From an uncultured Bacillales bacterium (GTDB lineage Bacteria > Bacillota_I > Bacilli_A > Acholeplasmatales > Anaeroplasmataceae): a stretch of 64,000 bases of DNA. Position 1 is the stretch's first letter. Each line of letters starts with the position of its first letter. The stretch is taken from NCBI GenBank assembly GCA_946617655.1, contig CAMOKL010000004.1:7086-71085 (forward strand), written 5' to 3'. The notes beneath the pieces were generated by a model. The model did not search any database and was not told where the DNA came from. It saw nothing but the letters and a program-made list of their open reading frames with translations. A program made the position numbers and the translations under genes. This document shows positions 9,567 through 21,264 of this stretch, piece after piece.

Positions 9567-12383
9567 CTATTTATTTTCAAGTAATGGCTTTAAATATTTT
9601 GCAGTATATGATTCCTCACATTTAATTAAATCCTCAGGTCTACCGCTAAATAATACCCTACCACCACGTTCTCCACCATCAGGTCCCATATCAATAATAT
9701 AATCTGCAAGCTTAATAACATCTAAGTTATGCTCAATAATTAATACTGTTGCACCTTGATCTGCTATTCTATTAATTACATTCATAAGCTTTTTAATATC
9801 ATCAGTATGTAATCCTGTTGTAGGTTCATCCATAATATATAGAGTTTGTGGAGTTATTTTTGCGTTTAATTCTGTCGCAAGCTTTATACGCTGTGCCTCA
9901 CCACCAGATAATGTAGTTGATGATTGACCAAGCTTAATATATCCTAAACCTACATCAAATAGAGTTTGTAGCTTATTTCTAATTTTTGGGAATGCACTAA
10001 AGAATTCTAATGCTTCTTCAACTCTCATATTTAAAACATCTGAAATACTCTTATTTTTAAATTTAATCTCTAAAGTTTCAGATTGGTATCTTGTACCATG
10101 ACAAACCTCACATGGTACATAAACATCTGGTAAGAATTGCATTGAAATTCTTTTAACACCATCTCCCCAGCATGCTTCACATCTACCACCCTTTACATTG
10201 AATGAGAAATGAGCTTTTGTGTATCCTTTTGCTTTCGCATCTGTTGTTTTTGCAAATAATTCTCTTATATCATCAAATACTTTTGTATATGTTGCTGGAT
10301 TTGATCTTGGTGTACGACCAATTGGCTGTTGAGAAATATGAATAATTCTTTCGATATTTTCAACGCCCTTAATTGAATCAATTTTACCAGGTATTAAGGT
10401 TCTTGCCTTATATATCTTTTTATAAACATTTTTATATAAGCATTCATTTACAAGACTAGACTTACCAGAACCTGATACACCTGTTACAAGTGTAATAACA
10501 CCTAAAGGGATTTTAACATTAACATTCTTTAAATTGTTTTCCTTTGCACCCTTTATTTCAATCCATTTACCAGTAAGCTTTCTTCTCTTTTCAGGTAACT
10601 CAATTTTTAACTTACCAGTTAAATATTTACCTGTTAAGGAATTAGGGTTTGCCATAACCTCTTCTGGTGTACCTTGGGCAACAATTTCACCACCATGTAT
10701 ACCAGCACCAGGTCCAACATCTACTAAATAATCACTTTGAAGCATTGTATCTGTATCATGTTCAACAACGATTAATGTATTACCTAAATCACGCATTTGC
10801 TTTAAGGTATCAATTAAACGTTGATTATCTTTTTGATGTAAGCCAATTGATGGTTCATCTAATACATATAAAACTCCTGTAAGCTGACTTCCTATTTGTG
10901 TTGCAAGTCTAATACGCTGTGCTTCTCCACCTGATAGTGTATCAGCACTACGAGATAATGTTAAATATTCTAATCCTACATCAATTAAGAATTTTAATCT
11001 ATCAGTTACTTCTTTAATTGCCTGCTTTGCAATTTGAGCTTTTTCTTCACCTAAATTAAGATTTTTAAACCATTCATATGACCTATCAATTGACATTTCA
11101 CATACATCCGCAATTGATTCATCGCCAATTTTAATGTTTAATACTGATTCATTTAATCTTCTACCATTACATTTAGGACATAAAGTTTCTGTCATGTATT
11201 GCTGTAACCAATCTCTTATCCAATCAGAATCTGTTTCATTATATCTTCTTTGAAACATTGGTACAATTCCTTCAAATCTTTCAGTCTTATCATGGTTTCT
11301 ACCTGATGTTGACTTCATCTTAAAACTAATTACATCTGGTGAACCAAAAAGGATAATATCTTGATTTTTCTTAGATAGATCCTTAAATGGAATTGTCGTA
11401 TCAATTTTATAATATTCACATACTTGATATAATTCAGCATTTGATAAATTACCTGAATCTTGATTCTTATAAGGTAGGATACATTTATCATCAATTGATT
11501 TTTCCCAATCAATTACTAATGCTGGATCAATATTTAAGTTAGCACCTAATCCATTACAGTTAGGACATGCACCAAGTGGTGAATTAAATGAGAATAGACG
11601 TGGTTCTAGTGTTGCAAGTGAGAATCCACAATAAGGACATGCGTGAACTGTTGAATAAAAATATTCTTTATCATCTGCATATACAACAACATATCCATCC
11701 GCTTCCTTTATCGCAGTTTCAACTGCTTCAAACACTCTAGAACGTATTCCTTCTTTCATCTTTAATCTTTCAATCACAATATAAATATTATGCTTCTTTG
11801 TACGTTCAAGTTTTATCTCTTCTGATAGCTCATGCATTTCACCATCTACCATTGCACGAACATATCCTTTTTTAAGGTATGTTTCAAATACCTTAACATG
11901 TTCTCCTTTTTCACGGAATATAACAGGAGATGTTATATATAATTTAGTGCCCTCACTAAATTCCATAATCTTATCTACTATTTGATCAATTGAAAATGAT
12001 GAAATAGGAATATTATGATTAGGACAATATGGAGTACCTACTCTTGAGAATATTACTCTTAAATAATCATATATTTCAGTTACAGTACCAACAGTTGATC
12101 TTGGGTTATGAGATGCTGATTTTTGGTCAATTGATATTGCAGGTGATAAACCTTCAATAGAATCAACATCTGGTTTTTCATTAGAACCAATAAATTGTCT
12201 TGCAAAAGAAGATAATGATTCAACAAATCTTCTTTCTCCTTCTTGGAAAATAGTATCGAAGGCAAGAGATGATTTACCAGACCCTGATACACCTGTCATT
12301 ACTATAAGCTTATCCTTTGGTAATGTAATATCTACATTTTTTAAATTGTTCTCCCTAGCTCCCTTTACTATTATCTTATCCAT
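9567..12383 (-). CDS. uvrA: Excinuclease ABC subunit A
   Basis: Two Walker A motifs (GVSGSGKSS), LSGGEAQRI signatures and CxxC zinc fingers. Confidence 0.98.
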   Translation of the reverse strand: MDKIIVKGARENNLKNVDITLPKDKLIVMTGVSGSGKSSLAFDTIFQEGERRFVESLSSFARQFIGSNEKPDVDSIEGLSPAISIDQKSASHNPRSTVGTVTEIYDYLRVIFSRVGTPYCPNHNIPISSFSIDQIVDKIMEFSEGTKLYITSPVIFREKGEHVKVFETYLKKGYVRAMVDGEMHELSEEIKLERTKKHNIYIVIERLKMKEGIRSRVFEAVETAIKEADGYVVVYADDKEYFYSTVHACPYCGFSLATLEPRLFSFNSPLGACPNCNGLGANLNIDPALVIDWEKSIDDKCILPYKNQDSGNLSNAELYQVCEYYKIDTTIPFKDLSKKNQDIILFGSPDVISFKMKSTSGRNHDKTERFEGIVPMFQRRYNETDSDWIRDWLQQYMTETLCPKCNGRRLNESVLNIKIGDESIADVCEMSIDRSYEWFKNLNLGEEKAQIAKQAIKEVTDRLKFLIDVGLEYLTLSRSADTLSGGEAQRIRLATQIGSQLTGVLYVLDEPSIGLHQKDNQRLIDTLKQMRDLGNTLIVVEHDTDTMLQSDYLVDVGPGAGIHGGEIVAQGTPEEVMANPNSLTGKYLTGKLKIELPEKRRKLTGKWIEIKGAKENNLKNVNVKIPLGVITLVTGVSGSGKSSLVNECLYKNVYKKIYKARTLIPGKIDSIKGVENIERIIHISQQPIGRTPRSNPATYTKVFDDIRELFAKTTDAKAKGYTKAHFSFNVKGGRCEACWGDGVKRISMQFLPDVYVPCEVCHGTRYQSETLEIKFKNKSISDVLNMRVEEALEFFSAFPKIRNKLQTLFDVGLGYIKLGQSSTTLSGGEAQRIKLATELNAKITPQTLYIMDEPTTGLHTDDIKKLMNVINRIADQGATVLIIEHNLDVIKLADYIIDMGPDGGERGGRVLFSGRPEDLIKCEESYTAKYLKPLLENK

Positions 12384-12385
12384 AA

Positions 12386-14398
<2,013 letters not shown>

Positions 14399-14421
14399 TT
14401 AAATCTTATTTATGTATTAAA

Positions 14422-14442
14422 ATGACAGGTAGCACCTGTCAT
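14422..14442 (-). terminator. Hairpin after pcrA
   Basis: ATGACAGGT-AGC-ACCTGTCAT perfect inverted repeat. Confidence 0.55.
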
Positions 14443-14447
14443 AATAA

Positions 14448-16571
14448 TTAATTTATTTTAGTTAATGATGGGTGAGTTGATAACATCTTTTTAATACCTG
14501 TAGGTAACGCAAACGCAATCTCTGCGATTTTACCATTAATGCTTATAACCTTACCATCGCCAAATGTCTTATGGTTAACCTTATCTCCAACCTTAAGATT
14601 TGAAGTTACGGCATCCTTTGCGCTTAAAACATTAGGTATTGCCTTAGATTCTATATCCTTCTTAGGTGTTTTATATTCACCATATAAATTATAGAATTCT
14701 CTTTTCATTTCACCTAAGAAGCAAGAAGGCATCATTTGTTGAGTAAATCCAAATAAGAATCTTCTTCCTACATGAGATATAAATAATCTATCCTTTGCAC
14801 GAGTAATACCTACGTAACAAATTCTTCTTTCTTCTTCTACATCTTCTTTAGTTACCGAATTTTGTGATGGGAATATTCCATCCTCCATCGCAACCATAAA
14901 TACATTCTTAAATTCCAATCCTTTAGCCTGATGATATGTTGTAAGAATTACTGAATCAGATTCTTTCGCATCATCATTCTCACTTCTTAAGGCTAAATCT
15001 GATAAAAGAATATCTAATATTTCTTCATTAGTTAACCCTTCATCCTCATGGTCTAATTCTGTTTCTTTTAAAACAGATTTAAATTCCTTAATGTTTGATA
15101 TTCTATCTTGATATTCATCAGAATCACCTTTTTTAAGCATATCTTCATATGAGGTTTCCTTTAATAAGATATCAATAATATCAGGAAGCTTACAATTAGC
15201 AAGAGATTCTTTAATTGATGTCATCATAATTTTAAATTTCTTTAATTCTATAGAACCAGAACCACTATATAAATCTATTGATTCAAAAAGTGATTTGTTA
15301 TATTCATTTGAAACACTAGTAAGTGATTCTATTACCTTATCACCAATTTTTCTTTTTGGTTCATTTACAATTCTTAAGAAAGAAAAATTATCATCAGGAT
15401 GAACTAATACTCTTAAGTATGCAGTCATATCCTTTATTTCTTTTCTTGCAAAGAATGATAATCCTCCAAAAATTCTATATGGAATATGTTCTCTTAATAA
15501 AACATCTTCAAATCCTCTTGATATGTAATTAGCACGATACATTATCGCAAAATCACTATAGCTATCACCCTTATCGTGAAGTTTCTTTATTTGTTCTACA
15601 ACAAATGAAGCCTCACCAAACGCTGTATCTGCGTCATATAAAATAGGCTTATCTCCTGTTTTACCATGAGAATACATAACCTTTTTAATTTGGTTAGGGT
15701 TTTTATCAATAATACAGTTTGCTAAATTTAGGATTTCATTAGTAGAACGATAATTTTCTTCTAATAGAATCATTTTGTGATCCTTATAATCACGTCTAAA
15801 TTTATGGATATTTTCGATTTTTGCACCACGGAATGAATAAATACTTTGGAAGTCATCACCAACAACAAATATGTTATTATGTAATGCCGCAAGCATTCTT
15901 ATTAATACATATTGTAATGCGTTAGTGTCTTGGAATTCATCTACTAATATATATTCGAATTTGTATTGATATCTATATAATACTTCAGGTGCTTCTTTAA
16001 ATAATTCAATAGTTTTAATAATTAAGTCATCAAAATCTAATAAATTATTCTTTATCTTATATTCTTCATATAATCTTGATACTGTATCATAATCTTGGTT
16101 TAAAAATGGATCATCTATAGAAAATGCTTCAAAGTTTTTAGATTTAGAAATTAAATGTCTTAATTCTTTTGGTTTAGAATCAATACATTCATTTTTACAT
16201 ATATCTTTAACTATTTTTTGTGCGTCTTCTTCATCAATTATATTAAAAGAATTTGTATAATTTTCTAAATGGCCAATTTCTTTTCTTAATATTCTTACAC
16301 AAAATGAATGGAATGTAGAAACCCACATATTTTTAGTATCAATACCACCTAAAATATTAGAAATTCTAACCTTCATTTCATTTGCAGCCTTATTAGTAAA
16401 TGTTAAGGCTAAAATAGAATCCTTTGATACACCAAGCTCATCTATTATATATGCTATTCTTGTCGTTAAAACCTTAGTTTTTCCAGATCCAGCACCAGCC
16501 ATAACCATAACTGCACCACTAGTTTGAGTTACTGCGGCCTTTTGTGGTTCATTTAATCCACTTAAATCCAT
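14448..16571 (-). CDS. pcrA: UvrD/PcrA SF1 DNA helicase
   Basis: AGAGSGKT, VDEFQDTN, VGDDFQSIYSFRGA, HQAKGLEF and EEERRICYVGITRA motifs, plus a C-terminal Tudor-like domain. Confidence 0.96.
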   Translation of the reverse strand: MDLSGLNEPQKAAVTQTSGAVMVMAGAGSGKTKVLTTRIAYIIDELGVSKDSILALTFTNKAANEMKVRISNILGGIDTKNMWVSTFHSFCVRILRKEIGHLENYTNSFNIIDEEDAQKIVKDICKNECIDSKPKELRHLISKSKNFEAFSIDDPFLNQDYDTVSRLYEEYKIKNNLLDFDDLIIKTIELFKEAPEVLYRYQYKFEYILVDEFQDTNALQYVLIRMLAALHNNIFVVGDDFQSIYSFRGAKIENIHKFRRDYKDHKMILLEENYRSTNEILNLANCIIDKNPNQIKKVMYSHGKTGDKPILYDADTAFGEASFVVEQIKKLHDKGDSYSDFAIMYRANYISRGFEDVLLREHIPYRIFGGLSFFARKEIKDMTAYLRVLVHPDDNFSFLRIVNEPKRKIGDKVIESLTSVSNEYNKSLFESIDLYSGSGSIELKKFKIMMTSIKESLANCKLPDIIDILLKETSYEDMLKKGDSDEYQDRISNIKEFKSVLKETELDHEDEGLTNEEILDILLSDLALRSENDDAKESDSVILTTYHQAKGLEFKNVFMVAMEDGIFPSQNSVTKEDVEEERRICYVGITRAKDRLFISHVGRRFLFGFTQQMMPSCFLGEMKREFYNLYGEYKTPKKDIESKAIPNVLSAKDAVTSNLKVGDKVNHKTFGDGKVISINGKIAEIAFALPTGIKKMLSTHPSLTKIN

Positions 16572-16573
16572 TA

Positions 16574-18154
16574 TTATTTTGCTTCCTTTTCCATAAAATC
16601 ATCATAATTAGATAGTCTATCTTCCCATGTACCATCTAAATTAAATTTAATAATTCTATTTGCAACAGTAGATAATAATTCTCTATCGTGTGATGAATAT
16701 AAAATATTTCCCTTAAAATTAGTCATACCTTCATTAAGTGATGTAATTGATTCCAAATCAAGATGGTTTGTTGGGTCTTCGAATACTAAAACGTTAGGAC
16801 ATTCAACCATAAGCTTAGCTAAAATACATCTAACCTTTTCTCCACCTGATAATACAGTACATGACTTAGTTGCTTCTTCACCTGCAAATAAAACTCTTCC
16901 TAAATATTGACGTATAAATGTTTCTGTTTGATCTTCTTTAGAATATTGTCTTAACCAATCAATTAAAGTCATTTCCTTTGTGAAATATTCTTTATTATCT
17001 TGCATTAAGAATCCTTGAGATGTTGTAATACCCCATTTGAATTTACCAGTAAAATCTTTATCCTTACCTGATAAAATATTAAATAACGCAGTAATTTGTA
17101 ATGTATTTTCTGCAAGGAATGCGATCTTATCATTCTTATTTACAGAGAATGATAAATCATTAAATAGACCTGGCTTTGTTAAATGCTCAACAAATAAAAT
17201 ATCATTACCAACTTCTCTATTAGGCTTAAAACCTAAGTATGGATATCTTCTTGATGATGGTTCAATATCTGTTATTTCAATCTTTTCAAGTAACTTCTTT
17301 CTTGATGTTGCTTGCTTAGATTTAGATTTATTAGCACTGAATCTTGCAATGAATTCCTTTAATTCCTTAACCTTTTGTTCACTCTTCTTATTTTCATCTT
17401 GAGCTTGCTTTAAAGCTAATTGTGAAGATTCATACCAGAATTCATAGTTACCAACATAAAGCTTAATATGTCCTCTATCAACATCACAAATATGTGTACA
17501 TACATTATTTAAGAAGTGACGGTCGTGAGATACTATTAATACTGTATTTTCAAAATCTAATAAGAAATTTTCTAACCATTGTGTAGACTTATAATCTAAG
17601 TTGTTTGTAGGTTCATCTAATAATAATACATCAGGATTTCCGAATAATGCTTGTGCAAGTAAAACCTTAATTTTAATCTTTGCATCTAAATCAAGCATTT
17701 TTTCATAGAATACTTCTTCAGGTACTCCTAAGCCTGCAAGTAATGTTTCAGCATCAGATTCAGCTTCCCATCCACCAAGCTCTGCAAATTCACCTTCAAG
17801 TTCAGCAGCTCTTATACCATCAGCATCAGTAAAATCTGCTTTTTCATATAATGCATCCTTTTCTTTTCTTATATCCATAAGCTTCTTATGGCCTAATAAA
17901 ACTGTATCTAATACTGTTTCATTATCGTATTTATGTTGATCCTGTGCTAAGACAGACATTCTTTCCTTAGGATCTAATTCAACATGTCCTGTTGTTGATT
18001 CGATTTCTCCAGATAAAAGCTTTAAGAATGTTGATTTACCAGCACCATTTGCGCCGATAATTCCATAACAATTACCTTTTGTAAAAGAAATAGTTACATT
18101 ATCATATAATTTTCTTGTACCATATTGTAAGCTAAGATTTGTTACCTTTAACAT
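16574..18154 (-). CDS. ABC-F family ATPase (YbiT/YkpA-like)
   Basis: Tandem ABC domains (GANGAGKST, LLLDEPTN, LSGGEKVR, EDPTNHLD) with no TM segments. Confidence 0.93.
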   Translation of the reverse strand: MLKVTNLSLQYGTRKLYDNVTISFTKGNCYGIIGANGAGKSTFLKLLSGEIESTTGHVELDPKERMSVLAQDQHKYDNETVLDTVLLGHKKLMDIRKEKDALYEKADFTDADGIRAAELEGEFAELGGWEAESDAETLLAGLGVPEEVFYEKMLDLDAKIKIKVLLAQALFGNPDVLLLDEPTNNLDYKSTQWLENFLLDFENTVLIVSHDRHFLNNVCTHICDVDRGHIKLYVGNYEFWYESSQLALKQAQDENKKSEQKVKELKEFIARFSANKSKSKQATSRKKLLEKIEITDIEPSSRRYPYLGFKPNREVGNDILFVEHLTKPGLFNDLSFSVNKNDKIAFLAENTLQITALFNILSGKDKDFTGKFKWGITTSQGFLMQDNKEYFTKEMTLIDWLRQYSKEDQTETFIRQYLGRVLFAGEEATKSCTVLSGGEKVRCILAKLMVECPNVLVFEDPTNHLDLESITSLNEGMTNFKGNILYSSHDRELLSTVANRIIKFNLDGTWEDRLSNYDDFMEKEAK

Positions 18155-18180
18155 AAAATAATCTCCTTTATTGCGTGAAT

Positions 18181-18207
18181 AAGGGCTGAGGCTAATCCTC
18201 AGTCCTT
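18181..18207 (-). terminator. Terminator after glnS
   Basis: AAGGGCTGAGG-5nt-CCTCAGTCCTT inverted repeat. Confidence 0.7.
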
Positions 18208-18228
18208 ACTATTTTTTCTTTAATTATA

Positions 18229-19893
18229 TTATAGTTTGAAGCCACTCTTTAGGCCACATGTTTCATTAAATACTAATCTTTCTTCATTTGAATCTTGATC
18301 AGTTACATAATAACCATTTCTAATGAATTGGAAATGATCTAATGGTTTAGTATCCTTTAAAGATGATTCAACATAACCATAAGTTATATTCATAGAATTT
18401 GGATTTAACTTTTCCATAAAATCTAAATCCTTATTCTCTTCTGTTTCAATTAATAATGGTTCAAAATGTCTAAATTCAGCCTTAATTGCAGTAGTCTTTT
18501 CAACGAAATGAATATTACCATTAGGCTTTCTTTCGTTAAATCCTGAATCACTTTTTGTCATAGGATCATATGTTGCATGAATTAATGTAATATTACCATC
18601 CTTATCCTTTTCAACTGATGTTGCAGTAATAAAGTATGCTCTCATTAATCTAACTTCAACACCTAAAGCAAGTCTCTTCCACTTCTTGTTAGGCTTTTCT
18701 TCAATGAAGTCTTCTCTTTCAATATATACATGACGAGAGAATGCAATTTTTCTTGAACCAGCTTCTTCATTTTCTTGATTGTTTGGTGCATCAAGCCATT
18801 CAACTTGTCCTTCAGGATAATTATCAATTACAACCTCAACTGGATTAATAATTGCGTTAGGTCTTATAGCCTTAAGCTTTAAATCATCTCTTAAAGCTTC
18901 TTCTAATGCTTCTTCAGGTACTGTAGAATTAATTCTTGATAAACCTGTTGATAAGATGAAATTTCTAATAGAATCAGGTGTATAACCTCTTCTTCTTAAT
19001 CCACATAAAGTAGGCATTCTTGGATCATCATATCCAGATACCTTCTTAGAATCAACTAAAGCTCTTAAATAACGCTTTGACATAATTGTATTTGTGATAT
19101 TTAATCTACCAAATTCAATCTGATGAGGACGTGATTTATATTCAGCTTCAATCTCACAGTTTTCAACAACCCAATCATATAATACTCTATGGTTATCATA
19201 TTCTAGTGAGCATAATGAATGCGTAATTCCTTCAAATGAATCCTGTAATGGGTGTGCAAAATCATACATAGGGAAAATACACCACTTAGTACCCTGTCTA
19301 TGATGATTTATATGTAGGATTCTATACATTACTGGGTCACGCATGTTAATGTTTGGAGATGACATATCAATTTTAGCACGTAAAGTCTTTTCTCCATCTT
19401 TATATTTTCCTTCTCTCATTTCTTCAAATAAACGAAGGTTTTCTTCAACAGTTCTATCTCTATATGGAGAATTCTTACCAGGTTCACTTAATGTACCACG
19501 ATATTTAGAAATTTCTTCTTGAGATAAATCATCAACATATGCAAGTCCCTTCTTAATTAAAAGTACTGCCTTTTCATATGTTTTTTCGAAATAATCAGAA
19601 CCATAAAAAATATTCTTTGGAGTATATCCTAACCAAGCTAAATCCTCAATTATACCAGAAACGAATTCCTTATCCTCTTTAGCTGGGTTTGTATCATCAA
19701 ATCTTAAATTTGTATATCCACCAAAAGATTTAGCAAGTTCAAAATTTGTAACGATTGCTCTCGCATGACCAATGTGTAGATATGCATTTGGTTCAGGTGG
19801 GAATCTTGTAATTATTTCCTTTACTAAACCATTATCTAGGTCTTCTTGCATTTTAGTTTTAATAAAATTATTAATCTCTGCCATAATAATCAC
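18229..19893 (-). CDS. glnS: Glutaminyl-tRNA synthetase
   Basis: TRFPPEPNAYLHIGH, LRFDDTNP, PMYDFAH, ITHSLCSLEY and MSKR motifs, plus the GlnRS anticodon beta-barrel (FQFIRNGY). Confidence 0.95.
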   Translation of the reverse strand: MIIMAEINNFIKTKMQEDLDNGLVKEIITRFPPEPNAYLHIGHARAIVTNFELAKSFGGYTNLRFDDTNPAKEDKEFVSGIIEDLAWLGYTPKNIFYGSDYFEKTYEKAVLLIKKGLAYVDDLSQEEISKYRGTLSEPGKNSPYRDRTVEENLRLFEEMREGKYKDGEKTLRAKIDMSSPNINMRDPVMYRILHINHHRQGTKWCIFPMYDFAHPLQDSFEGITHSLCSLEYDNHRVLYDWVVENCEIEAEYKSRPHQIEFGRLNITNTIMSKRYLRALVDSKKVSGYDDPRMPTLCGLRRRGYTPDSIRNFILSTGLSRINSTVPEEALEEALRDDLKLKAIRPNAIINPVEVVIDNYPEGQVEWLDAPNNQENEEAGSRKIAFSRHVYIEREDFIEEKPNKKWKRLALGVEVRLMRAYFITATSVEKDKDGNITLIHATYDPMTKSDSGFNERKPNGNIHFVEKTTAIKAEFRHFEPLLIETEENKDLDFMEKLNPNSMNITYGYVESSLKDTKPLDHFQFIRNGYYVTDQDSNEERLVFNETCGLKSGFKL

Positions 19894-20143
19894 CCTTTTT
19901 AAAATATATGCTAGTATTATACTACAAATATAGTAAAAACTCCACTAAATCAAAAATAAAATTGTTTTCAATAATATATTAAACTTTTATGTTGATGAGT
20001 ATAAAAAAAATTTAAAAATTTTTAATTTGCATTTTTTAAGCATTTTTTCGAAAAAAGAAGCTATTTTTACCTGTTATTTTAAGTTAAAGTTCTATTTATA
20101 AAATGATTTTGGAAAATCAGTCAATAGTCCATTTTTACCTCAT

Positions 20144-20172
20144 TTGACAACGATTTTTTTTAGGTATAAAAT
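20144..20172 (+). promoter_or_regulatory. Sigma70/SigA promoter of the small hydrophobic ORF
   Basis: TTGACA (20144-49), 17-bp spacer, TAAAAT (20167-72). Confidence 0.75.
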
Positions 20173-20265
20173 CACCTTGTCAGAGTAAAATCTGCAATCA
20201 TTTTTAAGGAGACAATGTTATGATCCGAGGTCTGGAGGAAACGATGGGCTAACAGGAGGTATACT

Positions 20266-20337
20266 ATGGATTATTATATAATCCTAGTTATTATATTAAT
20301 CATTTTAATGGTTATTATAATGACTGTTAAAAAATAG
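20266..20337 (+). CDS. 23-aa hydrophobic peptide, candidate type I TA toxin (MDYYIILVIILIILMVIIMTVKK)
   Basis: Strong AGGAGGT RBS 5 nt upstream; a single TM-length hydrophobic stretch ending in KK; tandem TAG-TAA stops. Too short to appear in the ORF track. Confidence 0.7.
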   Translation: MDYYIILVIILIILMVIIMTVKK

Positions 20338-20369
20338 TAACACCTCTTAGTCTTCATTGTTTCCAAGAA

Positions 20370-20437
20370 ATGAGAAAAGAGCAAGGTTGCAGCCTTGCTC
20401 TTTTCGTTTAATTAGTAACTTCTTAGCCTTCATTGGC
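20370..20437 (-). ncRNA. Candidate ~65-nt convergent antisense RNA (type I antitoxin)
   Basis: Bounded by the minus-strand promoter at 20444-20472 and the bidirectional terminator. Its 5' part is complementary to the 3' UTR of the peptide mRNA through a direct repeat. Confidence 0.5.
20374..20405. terminator. Bidirectional intrinsic terminator
   Basis: GAAAAGAGCAAGG-TTGCAG-CCTTGCTCTTTTC, a perfect 13-bp inverted repeat with a T tract in both directions. Confidence 0.85.
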
Positions 20438-20443
20438 ATAATC

Positions 20444-20472
20444 ATTATAACATCTTTTATACAATTAATCAA
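20444..20472 (-). promoter_or_regulatory. Promoter for the convergent small RNA
   Basis: Minus strand reads TTGATT, 17-bp spacer, TATAAT with an extended TG motif. Confidence 0.65.
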
Positions 20473-20498
20473 ACTCTAAAATTTTCTAAAAATTCGTA

Positions 20499-21263
20499 TT
20501 AATTATTCTTTTTATAGATATAATATAATCCTTTTAATAAAATATTTGGATCATATGTTATTTCATGCTTTGAATATGGAATAATTAATTTAGCAAGACC
20601 ACCTGTTGAAATAACACTTGTATCTTCACCTAATTCTTCTTTTATTCTATCAATCAAACCATCTATCATAGATGCAGTACCATAAATCATACCAGACTGC
20701 ATACATTCAACTGTATTTTTACCAATTAAATGCTTAGGAGCCTCAAGTGATATAAATGGTAATTGAGATGCATGAGATGATAATGAATCAAGTGATGTTT
20801 TAATACCAGGTATTATCATACCACCAATATGATTATTGTCCTTATCAATAACTGATAATGTTGTTGCAGTACCCATATCAATAATTATTGCAGGTGTCTT
20901 ATATTCTTCAATAACACATACTGCATCACAAACTCTATCTGCACCAAGTGTCTTTTGATTATCAATTTTAATATTTAATCCTGTTTTTATGCCATGTCCG
21001 ATAATAAATGGCTTTTTCTTTAATAAAAGCTCTAAGGCTTGTGATACTTCATGAGTTATTTCAGGTACAACAGATGATAATATTGCACCTTCAATATCTT
21101 TAATATTAATACCATATACTTGAATCATTAATCTGAAATTAATTAAGAAATCCATTTCTGTTTTTCTTTTATCTGTACCTATTCTTCCTTGAGCTATAAT
21201 ATTAGTTTTATCTAAAAAGCCTACAACTATATTTGTATTTCCAATATCAACTGCAAGTATCAT
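20499..21263 (-). CDS. coaX: Type III pantothenate kinase
   Basis: AVDIGNTNI, LGADR and IIIDMGTATT motifs. Confidence 0.95.
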   Translation of the reverse strand: MILAVDIGNTNIVVGFLDKTNIIAQGRIGTDKRKTEMDFLINFRLMIQVYGINIKDIEGAILSSVVPEITHEVSQALELLLKKKPFIIGHGIKTGLNIKIDNQKTLGADRVCDAVCVIEEYKTPAIIIDMGTATTLSVIDKDNNHIGGMIIPGIKTSLDSLSSHASQLPFISLEAPKHLIGKNTVECMQSGMIYGTASMIDGLIDRIKEELGEDTSVISTGGLAKLIIPYSKHEITYDPNILLKGLYYIYKKNN

Positions 21264-21264
21264 A

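Noticed and set aside
20200-20400. c-di-GMP-II riboswitch suggested by GGAAACAAUGA and UGCAACC words
   Set aside because: The elements are in the wrong order and the GGGCAC pseudoknot partner is absent; the type I TA reading fits better.
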